Source: Oribacterium sp. (GTDB taxonomy: Bacteria > Bacteroidota > Bacteroidia > Bacteroidales > Bacteroidaceae). From it: a stretch of DNA of 50,134 bases. A program made the position numbers and the translations under genes. The notes under the pieces were generated by a model that did not search any database, was not told where the DNA came from, and was given only the letters and a program-made list of their open reading frames with translations. The stretch covers positions 1-50,134 of the forward strand of contig CAVKKI010000001.1 in the NCBI GenBank assembly GCA_963656725.1, written 5' to 3'. The stretch's first letter is position 1. Every line of letters begins with the position of its first letter. This document shows positions 10,274 to 19,617 of this stretch, in pieces.

Positions 10274-10465
10274 AAAAACAGGGTTTTCTTTAGAAAGTGT
10301 GTGATGGGGCGGAGAGTCTCTTTAAAAGAAGTGCACAACGTTTGTTCCAACAAGAAACGCAGCGTTGTGTACGATGACGTGAGGACAATCTCCCTTCGTT
10401 ACCTATTATATAAGACCTATATATAATAAGGTATGCCTTCGCACTAAGCCTGTTTCCGGTCGGCA

Positions 10466-10498
10466 TCAAACGTTCGTTTCCGCGTGATAGTCGTCCAT
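10466..10498 (-). CDS. Putative corA leader peptide MDDYHAETNV
   Basis: ATG at 10498 preceded by an A-rich stretch, about 30 nt after a -7 element; TGA at 10466-10468. Confidence 0.5.
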   Translation of the reverse strand: MDDYHAETNV

Positions 10499-10527
10499 TT
10501 TCTGGGTTTATTGATTATTTGGTGGCG

Positions 10528-10535
10528 CAAAAGTA
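10528..10535 (-). promoter_or_regulatory. -7 element (TACTTTTG) of the corA promoter, implying a leader of about 245 nt
   Basis: TAnnTTTG match on the minus strand. Confidence 0.65.
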
Positions 10536-10705
10536 CGAAAAAACTTTTGGTCGTTTGCCATTTTCCCCGCTTTTTGTGTTGCGTTTGTGCTAAGATTTTT
10601 GTGCTTTCGTTTTATGTTGCAGCCCGAAGTCGGTGAAGCGCCTTGTGTTGACTGAGAAAAAAGTGGGGTTGGTTGATAATAGTTGCAAAATGCAACAAAG
10701 CGTTC

Positions 10706-10713
10706 TACCTTTG
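10706..10713 (+). promoter_or_regulatory. -7 element (TACCTTTG)
   Basis: TAnnTTTG match 30 nt upstream of ATG 10743. Confidence 0.65.
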
Positions 10714-10742
10714 CAACGTAAAGTCATATAATAAAGTCTATT

Positions 10743-11210
10743 ATGAGAAAAATTTTAGTTTTAACGACATTCATTTTGCTATTTGCATGGCAGGCGAAGG
10801 CACAGGTTTATCCCTACCTGGTGTTTACGCAGCTCGATGGCACAGAGCAGTCAATCGGTGTTGACGGACTAAAAATTACCTTTCCCAACGGCACACTTTG
10901 CGCCACCCAAGGCTCGCAAACCATCACTTTGCCGCTCACCTCGCTTTCGGGCATGCATTTTGCATCTACCTCCACGAGCATCAGCGCGCCAACCGCCACG
11001 GCCAACGAGGCTAAGGTGAGCGTGACGGGCAACGCACTGAATGTTAGTAGTCCTGTTGCGGCTCAAGTAAGAGTGTATAATGCAGCCGGCCTATGCCTCG
11101 CCTCTGTACCCCTTTCGGCTGGTGAAACGCGCACAGTGGCTTCGGCCTTGCAACCCGGCGTTTATGCTGTAGTAATTAACGGAAACACCCAAAAGATATG
11201 CGTAAGATAA
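10743..11210 (+). CDS. Small secreted protein with a T9SS type-A CTD-like C-terminus
   Basis: Signal peptide (AKA-Q); C-terminal VRVYNAAG…LQPGVYAVVING.TQKICVR pattern. Confidence 0.75.
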   Translation: MRKILVLTTFILLFAWQAKAQVYPYLVFTQLDGTEQSIGVDGLKITFPNGTLCATQGSQTITLPLTSLSGMHFASTSTSISAPTATANEAKVSVTGNALNVSSPVAAQVRVYNAAGLCLASVPLSAGETRTVASALQPGVYAVVINGNTQKICVR

Positions 11211-13132
11211 CACAAAAACTCTTCTTTATAATTCTGCTTTTCAGTGCAGCCGTTGGGGCTTCGGCCCAAACGCTGCGCGTGAACAGCGGACAGGTGACCA
11301 CGGCATTCACTGCCACGGCCGCCGACATGCCTTTTGTGGGCGGCACGAGCCTAACTATTGGTTCGATGACCTACGACTTGAGTGAGGTGGACAGCCTTTG
11401 CGTTAACTCCACCGCAGTGGCCGACAACACCGTGCTAGTGGCCTACAACGGCACCTCCGCCCACGTCACCCTGGCTGGCAACATCGCTCCCTATCTCACC
11501 GCAAAGGTAGAAGGGGCGCACGTCACCCTCATTCAAAGCGAAGACTTGCCCAATGAGGTGACCTACACGCTGCAAGGCACCTCCACCAACGGTTCTTTCT
11601 GGATGAATGGTAAACTCAAAGCCACCCTTGTGCTTAACAATCTCAACCTTACATGCGCCGACAGCGCTGCCATTAACATTCGCAATGGCAAGCGCATCAA
11701 CGTCACCTTGGCCGACGGCACCACCAACACCTTAAGCGATGGGTCGAACGGCAGTCAGAAAGGTTGTTTCATGGTGAAGGGCCACACAGAGTTTAAGGGT
11801 AGTGGCACACTCACCCTTACGGGCAACACGGCTCACGCCTTTTGGGGTGGCGAGTATGTGTTGCTGAAAAAATCGGCCGGCACAATCACCGTGAAGAGCG
11901 CCGTGAAGGACGGATTTAACGTAAATCAATATTTCGAGATGAAGGGCGGCACCGTGCAAGTGCTTTCTACGGGCAACGATGCCATTCAAGTGTCGAAAAC
12001 TGATGACGACACCGACGAGCAAAACGGCCAAGTGCTTATAAGCGGCGGCGCGCTCACACTCAATGTGTCGGCTGCAGCGGGCAAGGGTATCACTTGCGAA
12101 GACACCCTCTTCGTGTCGGGTGGCACACTCAACGTCACCACTACGGGCACGGGTGTTTATAGTTCCACCGACAACGACGCTTCGGCTTGCGCTGCCCTAA
12201 AGAGCGATGCGGCCATTCTCATCACCGACGGCACACTCACCTTGAAAAGCACCGGAGCCGGTGGCAAGGGCATGAACTGCTCGGGCGATGTCACGATCAA
12301 CGGCGGTACGATCAACGTTACCACCACGGGTAAACAATATAGTTACAATCGGCTTACCTGTTCGGCCAAAGGCATTCGCGCAGAAGGCAACCTTACGATC
12401 AATGGGGGCGAGGTGAACGTGACTTGTTCGGGTGGTGAAGGCTCGGAAGGCTTGGAGAGCAAAAAAGAGCTGACCATTACGGGCGGCACCATTGTGGCCA
12501 ACACCTACGACGATGCGCTCAACGCCTCTAATAAAATTAGCATTAGCGGTGGTAAGGTCTATGCCTACGCTTCGAACAACGACGGCATCGACTCGAACGG
12601 CACGCTCTACATTTCGGGCGGACTGGTGATTGCCTCAGGCACAAACCAACCCGAAGATGGCTTCGACTGCGACCAAAACACATTCAGCATAACCGGCGGC
12701 ACACTCATCGGCATGGGTGGTGGCACCTCCACTCCCACTTCTTCTGTCACCACCCAGCCCGTGCTGATTGTGAATAACACCGCGGTTACTCAAGGGCAAT
12801 ATCTCACGCTCGCTTCGTCGGACGGCACGGTCATTTGGTCGTTCCTCATTCCCCGCACACTCAATCAGTGCACATTGCTCGTGTCATCGCCCTCGTTTAG
12901 CCAAGGCAGTTCCTATACTTTAGCCACGGGAGCCACCGTTAGCGGCGGCACCACTTGGCAAGGTTATTCGGCCGATGCCACTGTTAGTGGCGGCACCACG
13001 CTCACCACGGCCACACTCTCGTCGATGGTGAACACCTCGGGCGGCTCTTCATCAGGCGGTGGTCCTGGTGGCGGTGGCGGTCCTGGCGGAGGCGGAGGCC
13101 CCGGCGGTGGCGGTCGTCCCGGTGGACGCTAA
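11198..13132 (+). CDS. Cthe_2159/DUF4353-like beta-helix carbohydrate-binding protein
   Basis: Signal peptide; repeated I.I.GG.I.V turns, DDALNA and DGIDSNG motifs; Gly-Pro tail. Confidence 0.8.
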   Translation: MRKITQKLFFIILLFSAAVGASAQTLRVNSGQVTTAFTATAADMPFVGGTSLTIGSMTYDLSEVDSLCVNSTAVADNTVLVAYNGTSAHVTLAGNIAPYLTAKVEGAHVTLIQSEDLPNEVTYTLQGTSTNGSFWMNGKLKATLVLNNLNLTCADSAAINIRNGKRINVTLADGTTNTLSDGSNGSQKGCFMVKGHTEFKGSGTLTLTGNTAHAFWGGEYVLLKKSAGTITVKSAVKDGFNVNQYFEMKGGTVQVLSTGNDAIQVSKTDDDTDEQNGQVLISGGALTLNVSAAAGKGITCEDTLFVSGGTLNVTTTGTGVYSSTDNDASACAALKSDAAILITDGTLTLKSTGAGGKGMNCSGDVTINGGTINVTTTGKQYSYNRLTCSAKGIRAEGNLTINGGEVNVTCSGGEGSEGLESKKELTITGGTIVANTYDDALNASNKISISGGKVYAYASNNDGIDSNGTLYISGGLVIASGTNQPEDGFDCDQNTFSITGGTLIGMGGGTSTPTSSVTTQPVLIVNNTAVTQGQYLTLASSDGTVIWSFLIPRTLNQCTLLVSSPSFSQGSSYTLATGATVSGGTTWQGYSADATVSGGTTLTTATLSSMVNTSGGSSSGGGPGGGGGPGGGGGPGGGGRPGGR

Positions 13133-13268
13133 TAGGCACCCCAACTTCTTTCTTTAGGCTTTATGGAGTAAAGCATACTTTCACTCTCTTTCAATAAAAT
13201 ACTTGTTGTTTGTTTTTGAGGCGTTCCTTCAAATTGTTCTGATCGGAACGCCTCTTTTCGTGGTTTTC

Positions 13269-13348
13269 ACTAGTGGCTTGATAGGAAAAACTAGTGGCTT
13301 GATAGTGATGAACTAGTGGCTTGATAGGAAAAACTAGTGGCTTGATAG
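13269..13348. repeat. Four ACTAGTGGCTTGATAG units spaced 21/22/21 bp
   Basis: Units start at 13269, 13290, 13312 and 13333. Confidence 0.92.
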
Positions 13349-13373
13349 TTTTTGGGGTTGGGCTAGTAGTGTT

Positions 13374-13583
13374 GAGCAAGTCAGTGGGGGCGACGCGGCT
13401 CGCGTCGGCGCTAGTAGCAATTTACCATATGTGACAGAATTTATGTCTATTATGTTAACTTATGTTGTTTGTGAAATTTTAAATTTGTGGGTTGTTGAGG
13501 GGTTTATGGCTTTGATTGATTTCTTTGCTACTTGAGCCAGAGCTTGTGCCGACGCGAGCCGCGTCGCCCCCACTGATTTGCTC
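13374..13583. repeat. REPIN-like inverted doublet of a REP-like palindrome, copy 1
   Basis: 36-bp arms at 13374-13409 and 13548-13583 with one mismatch; each arm holds GTGG followed by the CGACGCG-GCT-CGCGTCG hairpin; AT-rich spacer. Confidence 0.85.
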
Positions 13584-13626
13584 GTTTTTATTGGAATTTT
13601 CCTCCCCCTGTAAGTTAAATCGCCCA

Positions 13627-13846
13627 ATTTGCTGTTACTTGCACTAATTGCTTGCACTTCATTGATTATCAATATCTTCAAGAGTGTAAGCAGCAAAAAC
13701 GTCATGCTTGCACTCTGCTGTCACTCTGCTTGCACGTGCTGACGACCCAGTGCAAGCAAGTGTAAGCAACTTTTTTATTTGCTTGCACTCTTGAAACGCC
13801 TGATAATTAGTGTGAGTGCAAACAATTAGTGCAAGTAACAGCAAAT
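13627..13846. repeat. Long imperfect inverted repeat built from GCTTGCAC/GCTTACAC cores, copy 1
   Basis: ATTTGCTGTTACTTGCACTAATTG… pairs with …CAATTAGTGCAAGTAACAGCAAAT; homologous to 43791-44136. Confidence 0.85.
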
Positions 13847-13967
13847 GCGCTTGTAAAGTTTTTGGGGTACGGAAAAATCGGTACTACCGATTTTGCAGTC
13901 GGTAGTACCGATATTTCTTGCTTGCACACCCCTTAGTGCAAGCAGCGTGTAAGCAGTGGGTTTGAAT

Positions 13968-15179
13968 CTAGAAACCGTAGGTGATGCTTCGAAGCTGCAC
14001 CTTGGCCAATTCAGCATCGCGCTCGGCCTCGAGTTGAGCGGTGCGAGCGTCGTAATAGAAGGTCAGTTCGAGAAGATAATCAATTAACGAAATTTGGCCT
14101 AATTCGAGCGAGCGCCGCAGCAAGTGCTGACTGTTGAGCGAGGCCAAATTCTCTTGTAAATCGTGGGCTGTTTGTTCCAAACTCTGAGCGGTTTGCCACG
14201 CTTGCGCCAGCTGTTGCTGTTGCGTTTGGTTCACCTCATTCACTTCCAGCTGTTGCGCCAGCGCTTCGGCCTTCGATTGCTTCACGCGGCGGCGCGTGTT
14301 GCACCAAAGCGGCAGAGAGAAACCGAGTGAAAGACCGCTGTAGTTGTTGGCCCGGATGTATTCCCCCTGAAAGCCCACCGTGAGGGCGGGAAGGGCTTCG
14401 GCCTTAGCCACAGCCACTTGCGCTTGAGCCGCCTCAAACTGTTGTTGCGCAAGGGTGGCGAGGGGCGATTGCTGAAGCAGTTGCTGAAGGTGCGCCAACG
14501 TGAATTGCTCGGTGTTGAGGGTGGGGTAAAGCGTGTCGGCCACGGCCACGGCTAGGCCGCCGTTGAGCCGCTGCAATGTGGTTAGCCACGAAGTGCGTTC
14601 CGCTTGCGCCCGTTGCCATTCGGCCTTACTCACCGAAGCGTTAAGGCGCACTTTGTTCACCTCTAGTTGGTTCACGTCGCCACGTGAAAACTTCATTTGG
14701 TAAAGACTATCGAGCTCTTTTGCTAAGGCAAAGCGTTGTTGTAGCTCCAAACAGAGTTTGTTGGCGTAGACAAGCTGTGTGTATGCCTCATCGGCCTCGC
14801 GCCACACCTTTTGTTGTTCCAAGGCATAGGCAGCTAGGGCTTGCTTGTTGGCACATTGCGCCAAGGCCTTTCGGCGGCCGAGCAGCACGCCCCAGTCGAG
14901 CGTCTGCGTCACGCTCACGTTGGTGCGGTTAGGCACGCCCGAGGGCGAGCCAATCAAATAAGCTAACTCCACCTCAGGATCGGGCAGAGAAAGCGAGCTG
15001 CCGTTGGCTAGCTGCGAAGCTTGCAGTTGGGCGCGTTGTGTTTGCAGTGTGGGGTTGTTGCGGTTCACTTGTTGCAACACGCTTGTCAGCCCTTGGGTGG
15101 CTAGTGTGTCAGCTAGCGGAGCGGCTGTTGCAATGACGGGCAACAGTGAGAGCAGATATATTATAAGGCGTTGTTTCAT
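13968..15179 (-). CDS. TolC family outer membrane efflux protein (CzcC-like)
   Basis: Signal peptide, NNPTL, LPDPEV, two-repeat helical architecture, GQISLIDYL; last gene of the RND operon. Confidence 0.88.
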   Translation of the reverse strand: MKQRLIIYLLSLLPVIATAAPLADTLATQGLTSVLQQVNRNNPTLQTQRAQLQASQLANGSSLSLPDPEVELAYLIGSPSGVPNRTNVSVTQTLDWGVLLGRRKALAQCANKQALAAYALEQQKVWREADEAYTQLVYANKLCLELQQRFALAKELDSLYQMKFSRGDVNQLEVNKVRLNASVSKAEWQRAQAERTSWLTTLQRLNGGLAVAVADTLYPTLNTEQFTLAHLQQLLQQSPLATLAQQQFEAAQAQVAVAKAEALPALTVGFQGEYIRANNYSGLSLGFSLPLWCNTRRRVKQSKAEALAQQLEVNEVNQTQQQQLAQAWQTAQSLEQTAHDLQENLASLNSQHLLRRSLELGQISLIDYLLELTFYYDARTAQLEAERDAELAKVQLRSITYGF

Positions 15180-18100
15180 CGTTTTTTCTCTTTGTTATTT
15201 TGTGTTTTAATGGGAGCCATGATGGGCACAATGAAAAGGTTGAGCAGTGTGCTAGTGAGCAGTCCGCCCAACATCACCTTCGCCATGGGGCTCTGAATTT
15301 CGTTGCCCGGAAGGTCGCTGCCCCAAGCCAAGGGAATGAGGGCGAGTGCCGAACAAAGAGCGGTCATGAGAATGGGCAGCAAACGGTCGAGCGAGCCTTG
15401 CATCACCACCTCGTGGCGAGCCAAGCGGTGGTGAGCCAGTTCGTTGTAGCGGTCCACCAACAGCATGCCGCCTCTCGTGGCCATGCCGAAAAGAGAGATG
15501 AAGCCTATGATGGCCGGAATGCTGATTTCGCCCCCCGTGAGCACTAAGGCAAACACGCCACCAATCAAGGCCAAAGGCAAATTGAGCAACACCACAATGG
15601 CTTGGTGCCACGAGCGAAACTGCATGAAAAGCAGCAAAGCAATGACCAAAATGCTCACCACCGAAAGACCGAGCAACAGGCGCGAGGCCGAGGCTTCGCT
15701 CTCAAACTGTCCGCCATACTCAATGCGGTATCCCTCGGGCAGCATCACCTTCTGCGCAATGGCGCGTTGCATGTCGTTCACCACTGAGCGCATGTCGCGC
15801 CCCTCTGCATTGGCCGACACCACGAGTTTGCGCTGCGCATTTTCATGATTAATGGTGTTGGCACCAGCGGTCGACACCAAATCGCACACATCGGCCAACG
15901 GCACTTGTTTGCCCTCGGAGGTGTCGAGGGTGAGTTGGTGTATGCGTTCCATAGTGAGCAAGTCGTCGTCGGCCACACGCACGGTGAGGTCGAAAGTTTT
16001 CGCCCCCTCTTGCACTTGGCTCACCACTTCGCTACCCATTGCAGCGCTGACAAACTCGGCAAACTCGGGGAGCGTGATGCCGTAGCGAGCAAGGAGTGTG
16101 CGCCGTGGGCGAATTACGAGTTGCGGACGCTCCACTTGTTGTTCCACATTCAAATCTTTCACCCCCTCAATGCCTTCGGTGGCTTGTTTAATCTGCATGC
16201 CAATGTGGTGAAGTTGCCACAAATCGGGGCCAAACACCTTAACGGCAATGCCCGCCTTCGTGCCGCTGAGCATGGCATCGATGCGGTGAGAAATGGGTTG
16301 CCCAATCTCCACGTTCACGCCCGGAAGCGAGCGAAGGCGTTGCCTAACGTCGTTCACCACCTCCGCCTTCGTGCGTTTGTCGAGCTTGAAGGGCACCTCC
16401 ATTTCACTCGTGTTCACGCCCAAAGCATGCTCATCGAGTTCGGCGCGCCCCGTTTTTCGAGCCACGGCCTGTACCTCGGGCACTTCAAGCAACAACCTCT
16501 CAGCCCGTGCCCCCATCGAGTCGCTCTCAGCGAGCGACACGCCTGGCAGTGTGCTGATGTTGATGGTGAACGAACCCTCGTTGAAAGGCGGAAGAAAGGA
16601 GCGGCCCAGGGTGAAAAACAAAATCACCGTAGCCACCACCAAGGCCAGTGTGCCGCCCACAATCCAGCGCGACGGGGCACCGATGGCCCACGCCAGAGCC
16701 TTGGCGTAGCTCCGCTTCAAGGCCACCACCCAACGAGGCTCGTGGGGTGTGTTGCCCTCAGCCTTTGCTTCGCCTTTGGAGCGCAGCAAATAATAGCAAA
16801 GCACGGGCGTGAGCGTTAGCGCCACTAGCGTGGAGGCAAAAAGCGAAACAATGAAACTAATGCCTAGGGGGGCGAGCATGCGCCCCTCTAGCCCACTGAG
16901 AAAAAACAAGGGAATGAAACTCACCACAATGATGAGGGTGGAATTGAGAATGGGCATGCGCACCTCGCGCGAAGCGTGAAAAATCACGTTGAGGCGGCTC
17001 TGCCGTTCCGCTTGGGGAAGTGAGGCATTTTGACGAAGGCGTTTAAAAACGTTTTCCACGTCGACAATGGCATCGTCGACCAACGAACCAATTGCTATGG
17101 CCATGCCGCCAATGCTCATGGTGTTGAGCGTGAGGCCCATGGCGTGAAGCACGAGCATCGTGACGAGCAGCGAGAGCGGAATGGTGAAGAGCGAAATGAA
17201 GGTGGTGCGGGCGTTAATCAAAAACACGAACAACACAAGCACCACAAAGATGCCGCCCTCAATGAGCGACTTTTTAATGTTTGAAAGAGAAGAATCGATG
17301 AAATTCTGTTGCCGATAGAGTTGCGTATTCATCTTAACGTCGGCGGGCAACGAGGTTTTCAGCGAAGCGATGGCCGAGTCGAGTTGCTCAGTGAGCTGAA
17401 GCGTGCTTGTGTTGGGCTGTTTGGTCACCGTGAGTAGCACGGCCGGCTGGCCCGACACCGAGGCCACGCCCGTTTTAGGCGCTTTCGCCCCCCGTTGCAC
17501 GTCGGCAATGTCGGCTAAAACGATGGGCTGACCGCTAGCCGTGGTTTTCACCAAGGCTTGTGAGAGTTCGTCGAGACTTTGTGTGCTCAGCACGCCCCGC
17601 ACGATATACTCGTTGCCCCGTTCGTAGTGAATGCCACCCGAGGCGTTCCGGTTCATTTGCCGCGTAGCGTTCATCACCTCACTCAACGTCACTCCATAAT
17701 GACGCATGCGCTCGGGGTGAAGGCGAATTTGATACTCCATTAAATCGCCGCCCATCACCGTTACCTGCGCTACGCCCCCAGTGGAGAGCAAGCGCGGACG
17801 GATGGTCCAGTCGGCCAGAGTGCGCAGCGTGCCGAGCGAGGTGGTGTCGGCGGTAACCCCCACAAACATCACTTCGCCCAAAATGCTCGACTGCGGTCCG
17901 AGGGTGGGCGTGCCCACTCCCTCGGGCAAGGCATCGCCTAGCGTGGCGAGTTTTTCAGAAACAATTTGGCGGTCGCGATAAATGTCGGTGCCCCAATCAA
18001 ACTCCACCCACACCACCGAGAAGCCCGTGGTGGAAGAAGAGCGAACGCGACGCACATCGGTGGCGCCGTTCACCGCTGTTTCGATGGGGAAGGTGACGAG

Positions 18101-18289
18101 GCGCTCCACCTCTTCGGCCGCCATGCCTTTGCTCTCGGTCATCACCACCACGGTGGGAGCGTTGAGGTCGGGGAACACGTCGACGTCCATCTGCCAAGCC
18201 GTGTAACAGCCCACGGCCATTAGCAACACGCTAGCCAGAAGAATGAGCACGCGGTTGCGCAGAGAAAAATGTATGATTTTATTTAGCAT
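15176..18289 (-). CDS. CusA/CzcA family heavy-metal RND permease
   Basis: 1037 aa; DVFPDL, AEEVERLVTFPIE, GSLVDDAIVDVEN, RLLPILMTA motifs of HME-RND pumps. Confidence 0.93.
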   Translation of the reverse strand: MLNKIIHFSLRNRVLILLASVLLMAVGCYTAWQMDVDVFPDLNAPTVVVMTESKGMAAEEVERLVTFPIETAVNGATDVRRVRSSSTTGFSVVWVEFDWGTDIYRDRQIVSEKLATLGDALPEGVGTPTLGPQSSILGEVMFVGVTADTTSLGTLRTLADWTIRPRLLSTGGVAQVTVMGGDLMEYQIRLHPERMRHYGVTLSEVMNATRQMNRNASGGIHYERGNEYIVRGVLSTQSLDELSQALVKTTASGQPIVLADIADVQRGAKAPKTGVASVSGQPAVLLTVTKQPNTSTLQLTEQLDSAIASLKTSLPADVKMNTQLYRQQNFIDSSLSNIKKSLIEGGIFVVLVLFVFLINARTTFISLFTIPLSLLVTMLVLHAMGLTLNTMSIGGMAIAIGSLVDDAIVDVENVFKRLRQNASLPQAERQSRLNVIFHASREVRMPILNSTLIIVVSFIPLFFLSGLEGRMLAPLGISFIVSLFASTLVALTLTPVLCYYLLRSKGEAKAEGNTPHEPRWVVALKRSYAKALAWAIGAPSRWIVGGTLALVVATVILFFTLGRSFLPPFNEGSFTINISTLPGVSLAESDSMGARAERLLLEVPEVQAVARKTGRAELDEHALGVNTSEMEVPFKLDKRTKAEVVNDVRQRLRSLPGVNVEIGQPISHRIDAMLSGTKAGIAVKVFGPDLWQLHHIGMQIKQATEGIEGVKDLNVEQQVERPQLVIRPRRTLLARYGITLPEFAEFVSAAMGSEVVSQVQEGAKTFDLTVRVADDDLLTMERIHQLTLDTSEGKQVPLADVCDLVSTAGANTINHENAQRKLVVSANAEGRDMRSVVNDMQRAIAQKVMLPEGYRIEYGGQFESEASASRLLLGLSVVSILVIALLLFMQFRSWHQAIVVLLNLPLALIGGVFALVLTGGEISIPAIIGFISLFGMATRGGMLLVDRYNELAHHRLARHEVVMQGSLDRLLPILMTALCSALALIPLAWGSDLPGNEIQSPMAKVMLGGLLTSTLLNLFIVPIMAPIKTQNNKEKKR

Positions 18290-18338
18290 AAATGCATTCG
18301 GTGTTTGAGTTTTTCCTAATAGTCAACCATTTTTCTTT

Positions 18339-19496
18339 TTAGTGCGAATGAGAGTGGCCCTCGGGCAAGTTCGACGCATTGGCAGCTAGGCGCACTTGCG
18401 TGGCGCCACGAGTCACCACCTTATCACCCGACTTCAATCCTTCGGTCACCTCTGTGCGTTGACCGTCAGTGCCGCCTAGTTGCACCTCTTGGCGTCGGTA
18501 AGAGAGTGGATGTTCTTCCACATACACATAATGCAGCCCCTGCGCCTCGACAATGGCCTCGTTGGGCACTGACAACACGCCTTGGCGCGGCTGGCAAAGA
18601 AGGTAGACCTCGGCATAGCAGCCTGTGAGCAAGTCGCCCTCGTTATTAAACTCAAACACCACGGGCACGAAGAAGCCCTCGGCATCAGTAGCTTTTCCTC
18701 GCGACAGCAAGCGGCCGCTCAGTTGCGCCAGGGAGTAGACCTTTTGGGCGTCGTAGGCCGTGCGGAAGTTGGCTGAGGTGATGCGTGGCAGCAATTGATA
18801 ATAGCGCTCGGGCACCTCCACACGCAGTTGCACCTTTCGGCTTTGCGTCACTGTGGCCAAGGCTTGTCCGGCAGCCACATAGTCGCCCGGTTTCACGAGA
18901 ATGTTTTTCACGTAGCCACCGATGCTCGAGGAGATGGTGCGTTGCTGCGAGGCCGTTCCTAAACTCCGGGCCGTGGCCTCGGCCGACTGTAAGCGCTGTT
19001 TCGCCTCTTCGAGTTCGCGGGCCGAGATGAGGCGCTCTTTGGCCAATTGCGTGGCGCGCTCATAAGCCGCTCGCGCCGCTTGCCACTCGCTTTGCGCCAC
19101 GGCGGCGGGGTTGCCGTTGGCCAAACTTTGCGCATCGATCACAAACAACGCGCGGCCTGCACTGACTGAAGCGCCCTCGGTTAAACTTTTATCGACGAAG
19201 CGCACAATGCCCTCCATCGTGGCTGTGACGGTGGCCTCGCTGCCTGTGGCGGGAAGTACGCGACCGCTCACAGAAACGCCTTCGGTGAAGGCGGCTGGCG
19301 CAATGGGTTCCACTTGCAAATGAGCCTCTTTCGCTTGCGCTGCAGTGAGTGTGATTTCATCGCCCTCTTCGCTAGCGTGAGCCGTTGTTGTGGCGTGTTC
19401 GTCGGTTTCAGCGTGCGCTGTGTGGGAATGTTGGCACGCTGCAAAGAGTGTAGCCGTTGCTGCGGCCACACCTATAATAAGTGTTTTTTGAAACAT
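18339..19496 (-). CDS. RND periplasmic adaptor (CzcB-like lipoprotein)
   Basis: Lipobox LFAAC, His-rich termini (HSHTAH, GHSHSH), lipoyl/hairpin pattern, GLKSGDKVVTRG. Confidence 0.9.
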   Translation of the reverse strand: MFQKTLIIGVAAATATLFAACQHSHTAHAETDEHATTTAHASEEGDEITLTAAQAKEAHLQVEPIAPAAFTEGVSVSGRVLPATGSEATVTATMEGIVRFVDKSLTEGASVSAGRALFVIDAQSLANGNPAAVAQSEWQAARAAYERATQLAKERLISARELEEAKQRLQSAEATARSLGTASQQRTISSSIGGYVKNILVKPGDYVAAGQALATVTQSRKVQLRVEVPERYYQLLPRITSANFRTAYDAQKVYSLAQLSGRLLSRGKATDAEGFFVPVVFEFNNEGDLLTGCYAEVYLLCQPRQGVLSVPNEAIVEAQGLHYVYVEEHPLSYRRQEVQLGGTDGQRTEVTEGLKSGDKVVTRGATQVRLAANASNLPEGHSHSH

Positions 19497-19617
19497 GAAA
19501 AGAGTTGGTTTGTTGATTATTACGGGAAAGCCACTCCGCTTTCCTCCTTATCGACTCGTCGTTCCTCGCTTATTCTTCTTGAAAAAGCAAGGCAACGACT
19601 GTCTTCTTAAAAAACAT

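Noticed and set aside
13269..13348. ACTAGTGGCTTGATAG arrays and the 32-bp array at 42403 as CRISPR arrays
   Set aside because: The linkers are only about 5-12 nt and partly repeated, and there are no cas genes in the window.
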